Positions 20,200 to 30,459 of a stretch of 64,000 nucleotides of DNA are shown one piece after another. The stretch comes from an uncultured cyanobacterium (GTDB lineage Bacteria; Cyanobacteriota; Cyanobacteriia; Cyanobacteriales; CAWCAG01). Each line of letters begins with the position of its first letter. The first letter of the stretch is position 1. A program made the position numbers and the translations under genes. The stretch covers positions 1,472,001 through 1,536,000 of the forward strand of contig CAWCAG010000005.1 in NCBI GenBank assembly GCA_963793425.1, in the 5' to 3' direction. The notes below the pieces were generated by a model that saw only the letters and a list, made by a program, of their open reading frames with translations, did not search any database and was not told the origin of the DNA.

Positions 20200-21270
20200 T
20201 TATGCTTTTTCTTGCGGACTTTGATGGTATTCATGGGTCAAAAAAGGTACATCAATCAACTCTCCTTCCACCTCACCAATTTGCACTTTCAAACCAGCAC
20301 CACCAGCTTTGCTACGAATATAAGCGAGACTAAAAGCACCTTGGTCTGTTGTAGTTGAACTAGTGATTTTCCCGACTCTTTTACCTGCTACTATTACCTC
20401 GCTACCTAGTTCTACCGGTGCAGTTGATATTACTCCCCACAGCCTTTGTTTCACTCCTTGATAAGTATTTAACCTAGCAATAGTTTCTTGACCAATGTAA
20501 CAACCTTTATTAAAGGAAATATGTTGCCAAAGCCCTGTTTCTAGGGGGTTATAATCTTCAGTTAATTCTTGTCCAGAAATTGGTCTACCTTGGAAAATAC
20601 GAAGTTGTTCCCAAGCGTCATTCCCTAGAGGGATTGTACCTTGATTAATTAGTTGTTGCCAAAGATTTGCTGCTTCTTGAATTGGTACAATTAAGGTGTA
20701 ACCGGGAATTTTCAAACCTGTACCCACACACAAACGTAGTTTAATATTTTCAATAGTTGTTAACTGATGAGTATATTCTTTCCCTTCACCAATATTTTCT
20801 ATTCCTAAGTTTTGAACCAGAGTATTACTTTGAGGCCCAATCAAAGTAAAAATTGCATATTGTTCTGAAATATCTATTAATTCTACTTGATCCATAGGAA
20901 AGAGAAAACGGTCTAACCACTTCATCATTTCTTCCCGTTGTTGAGGAGAAATTAACAACAACAAGCTATCTTCTGCCACATAAACTGTAACTAAATCAAG
21001 ATTACGTCCAGTAGAAGTAACAAAAACTGTTTCGCAACCCTGTCCTGGTTTTAGTTGATTAATTTCATTAGTACTTTGGTTATGAATAAACCGCAAGCGT
21101 TCTTGGTCACAAACCTTAATCAATCCCCAATGAGAGCGATCCCACAAAGCAACCTTTTCTTGTGCTGCCTTTAAAGCTTGGCTATCGTTACCGAAGCTAT
21201 CAGGAACAGAAAATTTTGAACTAAAAGTTGCTCCTATTTGCTTTTGAATTTTTTGTAGTTCTTTACTCAT
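20200..21270 (-). CDS. ygfZ: folate-binding YgfZ/GcvT family protein
   Basis: KGCYIGQETIAR signature. Confidence 0.9.
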   Translation of the reverse strand: MSKELQKIQKQIGATFSSKFSVPDSFGNDSQALKAAQEKVALWDRSHWGLIKVCDQERLRFIHNQSTNEINQLKPGQGCETVFVTSTGRNLDLVTVYVAEDSLLLLISPQQREEMMKWLDRFLFPMDQVELIDISEQYAIFTLIGPQSNTLVQNLGIENIGEGKEYTHQLTTIENIKLRLCVGTGLKIPGYTLIVPIQEAANLWQQLINQGTIPLGNDAWEQLRIFQGRPISGQELTEDYNPLETGLWQHISFNKGCYIGQETIARLNTYQGVKQRLWGVISTAPVELGSEVIVAGKRVGKITSSTTTDQGAFSLAYIRSKAGGAGLKVQIGEVEGELIDVPFLTHEYHQSPQEKA

Positions 21271-21459
21271 TAATTTATTAGTAAGGTTTATTTTAGCTAC
21301 TATTGACCTGTTGCCTTGTCTAATTTGCTAAGCTAAAAATAATGTGGTAACAGTCCTATAGCAATTTTTGTCTTGTAGTCTTGAAGAGATTGGCAGGACG
21401 AAAAAACTAAAGTACTATCAATTATTTAGGTAGTTATTGAATTAACTGAGGCAAACCTT

Positions 21460-22107
21460 ATGACAGCAAGCTATGCAACCTCCTCTGCTAGAGCAGAAAT
21501 GACAGAACTCCGACGCTTAAAAACTTTGTTGCCGCCAGAGTTACAAAGTTGGGTCATGGTAGAAGGTACAGCAGAAGTTAACCCCCCTTTAATTCGGTGC
21601 GAAGAAATCGGCCGAGACGAAGTAGAAATTCAAATCGACTTAGCTAAGTGGGAAAACTTTGCTATTGACCAGCGCAATTTACTATTCTGGCATGAAGTCG
21701 CCCGCGTTCAAAATGATACTATCCCCAGAGAGGGATGGGAAATGGCTGCTTTGGCTATTGGTTTAGGGGGGGCAGTAGGAGAACTTTGGGTTCAAGATGG
21801 TTTATTATTGCTTCTCGCTATGGCCCTTTGCGGTATATCTGGTTATAGGCTTTGGCAAAAAAATAACGGAGATCGTACCTTACAAGAATCCGTTGAAGCT
21901 GATGAAAAAGCCATCATCATTGCTACTCGCTTCAACTATACTCTCCCCAATGCCTATAAGAGTTTAGGTAGCGCCCTCAAAACCATTATTGAACAAAGCC
22001 CCAGCCGCCGTCAGCGCAAAAAGTATGAAACCCGCCTACAAGCCCTAAGACGTAACGCTTCCAAGGCAAAAGCAAAGATGAAAGCAAAACGAGAAAGACA
22101 ACCCTAA
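21460..22107 (+). CDS. DUF3318 family protein
   Basis: ELRRLKTLLPPELQSWV…LLFWHEVAR…WEMAAL; family recognised from memory. Confidence 0.8.
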   Translation: MTASYATSSARAEMTELRRLKTLLPPELQSWVMVEGTAEVNPPLIRCEEIGRDEVEIQIDLAKWENFAIDQRNLLFWHEVARVQNDTIPREGWEMAALAIGLGGAVGELWVQDGLLLLLAMALCGISGYRLWQKNNGDRTLQESVEADEKAIIIATRFNYTLPNAYKSLGSALKTIIEQSPSRRQRKKYETRLQALRRNASKAKAKMKAKRERQP

Positions 22108-22158
22108 ATTTCATTGATACATCCCTAACAGATGACCCAATATTTAATGTTTAATGTC

Positions 22159-23028
22159 TTAAAGTTGCCCAATCATTTTATGGGTTTGGGGCAGTACCTT
22201 AACTCGGTTGAGCTTCTGAGATTGCCCTAGATGCTTCATTAAGACTTGCCAATCCAGAATTTGGTCTGGTGTAGGGGAAAGTAGTTGCTTATCTGTTAGA
22301 GGCTTTTCTAGGGGGGTTACAGGTTGCAAGAAAATAACTATCTCTGGATTTACTTTAGCAACTAACTCAGCCGCTTGCTTTAACTCGTCTGGGTTAGTTG
22401 TTTGAGAAACAATTATTTTCACAAAAACATCAACTGAAGCATTTCTGCATAGCTGGAGAAATTCACCATGTGCCTGCCAATGCTCTTCTCCGCTAGTACT
22501 AGGTAACTTAATATCCATACCTACCAAATCGAGATAGGGTAAAACTTTACTCAAAAGTTGGGGGCGATGACCACCAGTTTCTAGGTAAATTGGTAGAGGG
22601 CTAACTTCCTTAAGTTGGGGTAAAAACTTTTGGAGAAAAGGAGCGTGGAGTAAAGGCTCTCCTCCAGTTAAGCTAATACTATCGTGTAATCCTGGTACAT
22701 CTTGTTGCTTAACCCATTGTAGCAACATAGGCAATTCCACAAGATTAGGATAATCAAGAAAATCTCGCTTCCCTGGTGTTTGTTCAACTCGGCATTGAGG
22801 AGAAAGTCCCCAAGTATGAGAACTGTCACAAAAATGGCAACGTAGGTCACAAAAAGCAAAACGAATAAAAATTTGGCGAGTACCAACATTAATCCCTTCC
22901 CCTTGAATAGCCGAAAAAACCTCGACCAAGTTAGCCTTAGAAGTAGATTGCTTAATCATAAATTTGCATAAACACTGAATTTTTAATTTTTGATGAAGAT
23001 AGAGATTGTAGGACAGAATATTGGTCAA
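22159..23028 (-). CDS. queE: 7-carboxy-7-deazaguanine synthase (radical SAM); start probably ~22959
   Basis: EVFSAIQGEG, CDLRCHFCD, TGGEPLL, PQTHK. Confidence 0.93.
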   Translation of the reverse strand: MTNILSYNLYLHQKLKIQCLCKFMIKQSTSKANLVEVFSAIQGEGINVGTRQIFIRFAFCDLRCHFCDSSHTWGLSPQCRVEQTPGKRDFLDYPNLVELPMLLQWVKQQDVPGLHDSISLTGGEPLLHAPFLQKFLPQLKEVSPLPIYLETGGHRPQLLSKVLPYLDLVGMDIKLPSTSGEEHWQAHGEFLQLCRNASVDVFVKIIVSQTTNPDELKQAAELVAKVNPEIVIFLQPVTPLEKPLTDKQLLSPTPDQILDWQVLMKHLGQSQKLNRVKVLPQTHKMIGQL

Positions 23029-23042
23029 GCGATCGATCTTTT

Positions 23043-24077
23043 ATGACTATAAGGAAACAGCCAGTTGCAATGACTAGCCAAACCCCAGAAATTCCAGAAG
23101 CTGATTTTAAGACCAATTTCTCTGACCAGGTAGCCAGTATTGAGATGCCGGAAAGGATAACTATTTTAGAGGCTGTCGCTTTTAAAGCAACGTTCCAAGA
23201 AATTCTTGTTGTTACTCCTAGCCCACAAAAAATTGTTCTTAATTTCACAAAGAACACTTTCATCGACAGCAGTGGTATTGGTGCTTTAGTAACCAATTTC
23301 AAAGCGGCAAAGAAAAAAGGCTTAGATTTATTACTGAAAAACGTCCATCCTCAAGTGATGGCGGTTTTTGTCATGAATGGTCTTGATCAAGTTCTTAATA
23401 TTCAACCTCAAACGAAAAAACAAACTCAATCTCTTAGTAATAATCAAGAATCTCAACCCCCGGCTACCCATCCTTCAACCCATTCTTTGATCAAGCGATT
23501 GATAGATATCATCGGGGGCTTAGTTGGTTTGATGATTACAGGAATTTTGTTTATCCCCATTGTCATGGCCATCAAACTAGAAAGCCCGGGTCCTATTTTC
23601 TTCGCTCAAACTCGCCACGGTTGGTTAGGCAAAAAATTCAAGATTTGGAAATTCCGTTCTATGTGTATTGATGCAGAAAAACGGAAATCTGAGATCCAAA
23701 ATCAAGCTAGTGGTGCTTTTTTCAAAAATGAAAATGATCCTCGTATCACAAAAGTAGGTAGCTTTCTAAGAAAAACCAGCCTTGATGAACTGCCTCAATT
23801 CTGGAATGTCGTTAGAGGAGAAATGAGTTTGGTGGGAACCCGCCCTCCTACCAGTGATGAAGTTGAGCATTATGATATTCCAGAATGGCAAAGATTCGAC
23901 GTTAAACCAGGAATGACAGGAGAGTGGCAAGTTAACGGGCGATCGCAAATTCGCGAATTTGAAGATGTGATCAAAATGGACTTGCGGTATCAAAAAAACT
24001 GGAGTTTAGCTTATGATATCAAACTAATCCTGAAAACCATTCTAATTTTGTTTCATAAAAATAGTGGAGCTGTTTAG
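23043..24077 (+). CDS. STAS (anti-sigma antagonist) domain fused to a bacterial sugar (priming phosphoglycosyl) transferase
   Basis: FIDSSGIG STAS motif; KR.IDI, KFRSM, DPRIT, SLDELPQ, MSLVGTRP, KPGMTG.WQV. Confidence 0.92.
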   Translation: MTIRKQPVAMTSQTPEIPEADFKTNFSDQVASIEMPERITILEAVAFKATFQEILVVTPSPQKIVLNFTKNTFIDSSGIGALVTNFKAAKKKGLDLLLKNVHPQVMAVFVMNGLDQVLNIQPQTKKQTQSLSNNQESQPPATHPSTHSLIKRLIDIIGGLVGLMITGILFIPIVMAIKLESPGPIFFAQTRHGWLGKKFKIWKFRSMCIDAEKRKSEIQNQASGAFFKNENDPRITKVGSFLRKTSLDELPQFWNVVRGEMSLVGTRPPTSDEVEHYDIPEWQRFDVKPGMTGEWQVNGRSQIREFEDVIKMDLRYQKNWSLAYDIKLILKTILILFHKNSGAV

Positions 24078-24102
24078 AAAACCGAAAAATCCTTTTCTGT
24101 TA

Positions 24103-24570
24103 ATGCAGAATAAAAAAACACTCAAAGAATCACACCTAGAAGTCGCCACAGACTTAAACGCTTTGTCCCAAGTGTTGGAGTGGTTTGAAGAAACTGCTAC
24201 CTCTTTACTACCAGACAAAGCTTACTGGCAATGTAAACTAGCCTTGGCAGAAGGCTTTACTAATGCTGTTCGTCATGCACACCAGGGTCTACCTAAAACA
24301 ACGCCAATTAAGTTAGAAGTTAAATTCTTTACTCAATATTTAGAAATGAAAGTATGGGACAGAGGTCAACCTTTTGATCTTCTTGCTAGGCTTCAATATC
24401 AAACCAAATTACAAAGTAATTTTGACCCTAAAAAAGATGATGTTCCTGAAGGAGGACGAGGCTTAATTTGGATGAATCAGTTAACTGACGAATTAAGTTA
24501 TACTCGTACTCCAGATCAACAAAATTGTTTGTTTATGAGAAAGAAATTTAGAAGAATCAGGAGGCGATAA
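24103..24570 (+). CDS. anti-sigma factor / RsbW-like Ser kinase (HATPase_c_2)
   Basis: LAEGFTNAVRHA, D.G.PFD, EGGRGL; ATG at 24103 preferred over the overlapping GTG. Confidence 0.9.
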   Translation: MQNKKTLKESHLEVATDLNALSQVLEWFEETATSLLPDKAYWQCKLALAEGFTNAVRHAHQGLPKTTPIKLEVKFFTQYLEMKVWDRGQPFDLLARLQYQTKLQSNFDPKKDDVPEGGRGLIWMNQLTDELSYTRTPDQQNCLFMRKKFRRIRRR

Positions 24571-24621
24571 AGAGTTTTAAAAAAGTAAGTCAATTATTCT
24601 CTAATCTCCGGTGTCTCCCCA

Positions 24622-25032
24622 TTACCTCAATAGTTCCTTTTGCAAAAAATCACCCCACTTTGCTGCTAAGCCAACTTCTGTAAAAGGAATCTTAATGCTC
24701 TGGTCTTCATTAACCAACTTAAAAGCAAGATCAGGCTTACCTTTGTTGGGAAGTGCTTCTAAGTCAACAGATTTGCCATTAACCAACAACTCAATAGACT
24801 TCACATCCTCAAGAGAAAAAGTTTCCACATCAACAGGTTCGCCGCGAGTTGGCTTGCCCCAAGTAATCTCCTTACCTTTCTTCCCGATCACAGCGTAAAT
24901 ATCATACTTCGCCTGGTCAAATTGTTCTGCCCAGCGACCATAGGCTTCCACTTTTTGATATTCGTACCAACCTTTCCAAGCTAGCCAAAAAAAGATAGCT
25001 AATAAAGGCAACCACAATAAACCTCTTTCCAC
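24622..25032 (-). CDS. conserved cyanobacterial membrane-anchored hypothetical protein
   Basis: MERGLLWLPLL… N-terminal TM; AKYDIYAV. Confidence 0.8.
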   Translation of the reverse strand: MERGLLWLPLLAIFFWLAWKGWYEYQKVEAYGRWAEQFDQAKYDIYAVIGKKGKEITWGKPTRGEPVDVETFSLEDVKSIELLVNGKSVDLEALPNKGKPDLAFKLVNEDQSIKIPFTEVGLAAKWGDFLQKELLR

Positions 25033-25092
25033 GATAATTTAGTTGTTAAATGTCCTATGATAATTATTCTAGAGAAATATTAAACTTGATAC

Positions 25093-25626
25093 ATGGAAAA
25101 AAATATCCGTATTGGTATTTTAACAGCTTCAGATCGGGCTAGTGCCGGAGTTTACGAAGACATTTCTGGTCAAGCCATAATTGACTTGCTTAATTCTTAT
25201 TTAACTAGCAAATGGGAGGCTGTATACAATGTCATTCCTGATAGCCAAGAGGGTATTGAAAATACTTTAAAAAAAATGGCTGATGAAGAAGGTTGTTGCT
25301 TAGTTGTAACTACAGGAGGTACAGGCCCAGCCCCAAGAGATGTTACCCCAGAAGCAACGGAGGCTGTATGTGAGAAGATGTTACCAGGTTTTGGGGAGTT
25401 GATGCGTTCTGTTTCTCTTCAATATGTACCCACAGCAATCCTTTCGCGCCAAACTGCCGGAATTCGTGGTAGTTGTTTAATTGTTAATCTCCCCGGCAAA
25501 CCTAAATCAATCAAAGAATGTCTTGAGGCAATTTTCCCCGCTATTCCCTACTGTCTAGACTTAATCAACGCTCCTTATTTAGAATGTGATACAGAAGTTA
25601 TTAAAGTATTTCGACCAAAAAAGTAA
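25093..25626 (+). CDS. mog: molybdopterin adenylyltransferase
   Basis: SDRAS.G.YED.SG, TTGGTG, RDVTPEAT, ILSRQ, NLPGKP. Confidence 0.95.
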   Translation: MEKNIRIGILTASDRASAGVYEDISGQAIIDLLNSYLTSKWEAVYNVIPDSQEGIENTLKKMADEEGCCLVVTTGGTGPAPRDVTPEATEAVCEKMLPGFGELMRSVSLQYVPTAILSRQTAGIRGSCLIVNLPGKPKSIKECLEAIFPAIPYCLDLINAPYLECDTEVIKVFRPKK

Positions 25627-25691
25627 AATCAATTGACAGTTAGTAACTAAACAACTAACAATTAGCAACTAGCAACTAGCAATAGAGTGAT

Positions 25692-27137
25692 ATGCCCCTG
25701 ACTGTATATAACACCCAAAACCGCTGCCAAGAGGCTTTCAAAACCATTGAACCCGGAAAGGTAAAAATGTACTGCTGTGGTGTTACGGTTTATGACTATT
25801 GTCATTTGGGTCATGCTCGTTCCTATATTGTTTGGGATGTGGTACGCCGCTACTTAAAATGGCAGGGGTATGAAGTTGAGTATGTACAGAATTTTACGGA
25901 TATTGACGATAAAATTATCAATCGGGCTAAACGGGACAACTTAGCACCAGAAGAAGTTTCCCAACGCTACATTAAAGAATATTTTGCTGATCTTAGGCGT
26001 TTAAATGTTAGGGATGCCGATGAGTATCCCCAAGCAACAGAACATATTGCCGGAATGCAGCAGCTAATTGAAAATTTAATTGCCCAGGATTTAGCTTATG
26101 GGGCTGGGGGAGATGTTTATTATCGAGTCGAAAAATTTCCTAGCTATGGTAAACTCTCAGGACGGAAATTAGACCAAATGCAAGCGGGGGCCAGTGGGCG
26201 AGTTGATGTCCCGGAGGTCGGAGAGGTTAAGAAGCAACACCCCTTTGATTTTGCTCTCTGGAAAGCTTCTAAGAGGAGTGAACCTAGCTGGGATTCTCCT
26301 TGGGGGAAAGGTCGCCCAGGTTGGCATATTGAGTGTTCAGCAATGGTTAAAGCCCTTTTAGGAGAAACCATTGATATTCATAGTGGTGGTGGAGACTTGG
26401 TTTTTCCTCACCATGAAAATGAAATTGCCCAATCAGAGGGGGCAACTAAGCAACCTTTAGCTAATTATTGGTTGCATAATGGCATGGTGATGGTAGAGGG
26501 GCAGAAAATGTCTAAATCTTTAGGTAACTTCACTACCATTAGGGAATTATTAAACCGCCCCGTTGAACCCATGGTAGTGAGACTATTTGTTTTACAAGCA
26601 CAGTACCGTAAGCCTTTAGATTTTACTGATGAGGCGATCGCCTCTGCTAAAAATAGTTGGGAAACTTGGCAAGCAGGTTTGTTATTTGGGCAACAATACG
26701 GAGAAAAGTTAGGGTTTCAAGAAAAAGATTTACAGGTGGAAGATTCCTATAAATCCCGCTTTACTGAGGCGATGAACAATGACTTTAATACTCCTAAAGC
26801 AATGGCAGTTTTGTTTGAACTAGCCAAGGAGTTACGCCGCCAAACTAATTTGATTATTCACGAAGGAGAGGCTGATGCTTCAACTAAAGTTTTAGTTAAG
26901 CAATGGCACACTTTAGTTGAATTAGCCGCAGTTTTAGGTTTAGAAGTTGTTAATGAACAAAAAGAAACTCCCCAAAGTAATGAAACTCAAATTCAAACTT
27001 TAGTAAAACAAAGACAACAAGCAAGGCGCGATCGCAACTTTGCCGAAGCTGATCAGATTCGAGATCAACTTCAAGCCATGGGTATTGGTTTAATCGATCA
27101 ACCTGACGGCGAAACTCGCACCATAAAATTAAAATAA
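25692..27137 (+). CDS. cysS: cysteine--tRNA ligase
   Basis: CGVTVYD, HLGH, PGWHIECSAM, FPHHENE, KMSKS. Confidence 0.98.
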   Translation: MPLTVYNTQNRCQEAFKTIEPGKVKMYCCGVTVYDYCHLGHARSYIVWDVVRRYLKWQGYEVEYVQNFTDIDDKIINRAKRDNLAPEEVSQRYIKEYFADLRRLNVRDADEYPQATEHIAGMQQLIENLIAQDLAYGAGGDVYYRVEKFPSYGKLSGRKLDQMQAGASGRVDVPEVGEVKKQHPFDFALWKASKRSEPSWDSPWGKGRPGWHIECSAMVKALLGETIDIHSGGGDLVFPHHENEIAQSEGATKQPLANYWLHNGMVMVEGQKMSKSLGNFTTIRELLNRPVEPMVVRLFVLQAQYRKPLDFTDEAIASAKNSWETWQAGLLFGQQYGEKLGFQEKDLQVEDSYKSRFTEAMNNDFNTPKAMAVLFELAKELRRQTNLIIHEGEADASTKVLVKQWHTLVELAAVLGLEVVNEQKETPQSNETQIQTLVKQRQQARRDRNFAEADQIRDQLQAMGIGLIDQPDGETRTIKLK

Positions 27138-27310
27138 TTAAAGTAATTAGCTCTTAAATATTAACTTCTTCCCGATATCTTCTCGATGCTCTTTTAAGCT
27201 ATTAAAAGTAGGCTTAGGAGAGCATAATTCATGTCAAATCTCTTGGAAAAGTTACAGTTTAGTTTTTAGCAATGGGTTAAGAATTAAATGATCAATGAAA
27301 GGTAAAAACC

Positions 27311-27907
27311 ATGTTCACAAAAGAATCTGCTCAAGTTTCAACTGCAACAGCAACCGATGAAGAAAAAGTGATTGCTGCCTTAACTTTAGCCTTCAGTGCT
27401 GATCCTGCCCTGCGTTGGATGTATCCCCAATCCCAGCAATACCTAACTTACTTCCCTCACTTTGCGAGAAAATTCGCTGGTAAAGCCTTTGACAAAGACA
27501 CTGCTTACCATACCGCTGGTTATGCAGGTGCAGCACTTTGGTTGCCCCCAGAAAGCGAAGCTGATGAGGAACCCCTGGTTGCATTACTGCAAGAAAGCGT
27601 CTTGGACTCGCAGTTAGAGGAAGTTTTTGCTATATTCGAGCAAATGGGCAACTACCATCCCCAGCAACCTCATTGGTACTTATCGTTACTGGGGGTGGAA
27701 CCGATGCAACAGGGCAAAGGCAATGGTTCAGCCTTAATGCAGCAAATTCTACCAAAATGTGACAGGGATCGCCTCCCTGCTTATCTTGAATCTTCCAACT
27801 CAGCCAGTGTTCCTTTTTACCAACACTACGGCTTTGAAGTGCTTGCCCAAATTCAAATAGGGACATCTCCAACAATTTTTCCAATGTTGCGTTGTCCCCA
27901 CAACTAA
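27311..27907 (+). CDS. GNAT N-acetyltransferase (puromycin-NAT-like)
   Basis: AALWLPP, PHWYL..LGV.P..QGKG.G, PAYLESS, FY…GF. Confidence 0.9.
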   Translation: MFTKESAQVSTATATDEEKVIAALTLAFSADPALRWMYPQSQQYLTYFPHFARKFAGKAFDKDTAYHTAGYAGAALWLPPESEADEEPLVALLQESVLDSQLEEVFAIFEQMGNYHPQQPHWYLSLLGVEPMQQGKGNGSALMQQILPKCDRDRLPAYLESSNSASVPFYQHYGFEVLAQIQIGTSPTIFPMLRCPHN

Positions 27908-28036
27908 ATAAGCCAAATGTTTAATGTAGCCTACGGCAACGCATAGTAAATACGACAACGTTTACACGTTTGCGGAGCATTGTCGCATTTACTACGCGAA
28001 GCGTCAACAATGTTCAATAAAAAAAGGATAATCATA

Positions 28037-28990
28037 ATGGCAAAATATAGAAACAATTTGCCCCAACTTGCTAATAATTTATTCCTTACCGACGGAGGTA
28101 CAGAAACAACTCTGGTTTTCCATGAAGGATTAGATTTGCCTTACTTTGCTGCCTTTGATTTACTCAAAGATCAACAAGGTTATCAAGTTTTGCAAAAATA
28201 CTTCCGTAGCTATGCTAACCTCGCTAAAAAGCATCAAGTAGGATTTATTTTAGAAAGTGTTACTTGGCGGGCTAATGCAGATTGGGGTTTGCTGCTGGGT
28301 TATTCAAAAGAAGCATTAGCCGAAATGAACCATAAAGCGATCACCTTGTTAGAAGAGATCCGCGCTGAATACGAAACGGTCAAAACACCAATGGTAATTA
28401 GTGGTTGCATCGGCCCTCGTGGAGATGGCTACAACCCGACTAAACTAATGACAGAAGAAGAAGCACAACAGTATCATCTTCAACAAATAACCACCTTCAG
28501 CAATACTAATGCTGATCTGGTTAGTGCCATGACAATAACTTACACTGAAGAAGCGATAGGCATTGCTCACGCCGCTAAATCATTAGGAATACCAGTGGTA
28601 ATTTCCTTTACCCTTGAAACAGATGGTAAATTACCAACGGGTCAAACCCTTAAGGAGGCTATCACACAAGTTGACGAAAGCACAAATAAAGCCCCTGCAT
28701 ATTATATGATTAACTGCGCTCATCCTACTCACTTTGCAGATGTCTTAGTTGAGCATGAACCTTGGTTGAAGAGAGTTCGCGGCATCAGGGCTAATGCTTC
28801 CACTAAAAGCCATGCTGAATTAGACGAAGCAGAAGAACTAGACGACGGTAACCCAGTAGAACTTGCTACCCAGTACCGCAAATTAAGAAACAAATTGCCA
28901 AACTTAAATGTACTAGGGGGTTGCTGTGGCACAGATATTCGCCATGTTGAAGCCATTTACCAAGCCTATCTTCCTGTAACCAGCCTGTAA
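28037..28990 (+). CDS. homocysteine S-methyltransferase family protein
   Basis: LTDGG.ET, GPRGDGY, INCAHP, GGCCGT; AAAGGA SD before the ATG at 28037. Confidence 0.92.
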   Translation: MAKYRNNLPQLANNLFLTDGGTETTLVFHEGLDLPYFAAFDLLKDQQGYQVLQKYFRSYANLAKKHQVGFILESVTWRANADWGLLLGYSKEALAEMNHKAITLLEEIRAEYETVKTPMVISGCIGPRGDGYNPTKLMTEEEAQQYHLQQITTFSNTNADLVSAMTITYTEEAIGIAHAAKSLGIPVVISFTLETDGKLPTGQTLKEAITQVDESTNKAPAYYMINCAHPTHFADVLVEHEPWLKRVRGIRANASTKSHAELDEAEELDDGNPVELATQYRKLRNKLPNLNVLGGCCGTDIRHVEAIYQAYLPVTSL

Positions 28991-28991
28991 T

Positions 28992-29485
28992 TTATCCACT
29001 CAAACTCTTAAGAATACGCAAAACTTGATACAAAGCATTTTCTCCTGGATCGCGAGTAATGAAAACTTTGGACAAGGCATAACGGGGTTTATCAGTTTTC
29101 ACTAATTTAGTAAAAACAAAACTACCGCCAGTGGTAATCATGCCATAACTAGGTTGATGAGAGTGAGGATTTCTCAGCATATAAGCCAAAATTTGGGCTA
29201 ACCCTTCTTCAATAGAAAAAGAAGCTTTCTTCGATTCAATCGCCATCACCCAAAATTGCTCTTTTAGCACCAGGGTATCGATTCTACCTTTAACAATTAT
29301 CCCATCATCTTCTGAACTAATCTCAATAGATTTTTCTGCTTTAACGTAAAAAGGTTTGAGATAAAAATCAGCAATAAATAATAACGGGTCTAAAACTGTC
29401 ATCTTAACCACATCTTCTAAAAGAGGCGGATAGTTAAGCAGATTTATGTAACCAGCTTTAACTTTATCTAAAAGTTGTTGCTCTA
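28992..29485 (-). pseudogene. 5'-truncated type I restriction enzyme R N-terminal-like (HSDR_N, PD-(D/E)XK) protein
   Basis: GRIDTLV…IESK…QILAYM…TTGGSF; the frame extends upstream as EQQLLDKVKAGYINLLNYPPLLEDVVKM and is cut at the IS630/repeat junction. Confidence 0.75.
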
Positions 29486-30319
29486 TATAGCAATTCTATT
29501 TGAGATGTAAAAATAGATTGCGTAAAAAAAGCTAAAATAAAACCAATACTTTAGAGAAGCATCTAGAAATGGAAGAGCCTAAAAGTGTAGTGAAAAAACA
29601 GATAGAAAAATTGCAGAGATTTCTAGACATTCATCCTGATGCTAGAGAAATGAAGAGAGCATTAGCAGTAAAACTAGCCTTACAAGGCTATGCTTATCGT
29701 ACAATCAAAGAGATTATCAACGTATCTCCTGGGTTTGTAAGTAAGTGGAAGAAGAGATTTAAAGCAGAGGGAATAGAAGGATTAAAATTGGGATATAAAG
29801 GTGCAAAAAAAAGCTAAATGAGAAAGAAATAGAAGAAGTAGTTAAGTGGATACTTTGTCAAGATTATTGGGACATAGGAGATTTAGAGATTCATCTAATA
29901 GAAGAGTATGATGTGGTATTTGAAGCAGCACAAGAGATTGCTGTATATGCAATTGACGAATGCCACTTACTCGGAGATGACCTTTGTGGGCAGGTTTGGG
30001 GGCAGTCAATTGAACGAGTAAAAATACAGATTGAAAACAGCCGAAACCGACAAACATATTATGGAGCATTAAATATACTTGAAAAAGAAACAGAAATGGA
30101 AAATAGATTGTCATCTTTTTGCACCTTATGCCCCAGAAGAAAATCCGGTAGAAGCAGTCTGGCTACAATTGAAATCATTATTACGAAAGTTTTATCGTTT
30201 TGGCAAAAACTTTAAGATAGTTAATCAAATATTTCAACTTCTTGTTGAATTCAAGCTTTTCAGCTTTCCCAATATAAATAAGTTCACTGCCTTTTCACAA
30301 ATCATTTAGAATTGCTATA
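29486..30319 (+). mobile_element. IS630-family element, internally deleted and frameshifted
   Basis: Terminal inverted repeats TATAGCAATTCTA / TAGAATTGCTATA at a TA site; fragments REMKRALAVKL…FVSKWK (HTH), IDECHL, RQTYYGALN, FAPYAPEENPVEAVW. Confidence 0.9.
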
Positions 30320-30367
30320 GATGTTGAACTTGGCTCTTGACTTGGAGAGATTGTTAATACTTTACCA
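30320..30367. repeat. direct repeat copy A (continues at 29478-29485 across the IS) of the toxin-gene upstream region 33982-34037
   Basis: 46/48 identity with 33990-34037, plus TTGCTCTA left of the IS. Confidence 0.85.
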
Positions 30368-30459
30368 TCAAAAGCTAATTACGAAGAGCCGAGAAAAAAC
30401 TTATCTCAAAGCGAGCAGCTAATTACAATGTGTTTCTTGTTTATCCTCTTACATTCAGA

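Noticed and set aside
27908..28036. SAM or cobalamin riboswitch before the homocysteine methyltransferase
   Set aside because: No conserved riboswitch core motifs; the region is short and explained by a simple hairpin repeat
28992..29485. Functional type I restriction-modification system
   Set aside because: Only a truncated standalone HSDR_N-like nuclease domain; no hsdM, hsdS or helicase
29569..30309. Active IS630 using programmed frameshifting
   Set aside because: The element is only ~830 bp with internal deletions across the DDE region and three broken frames; non-autonomous relic
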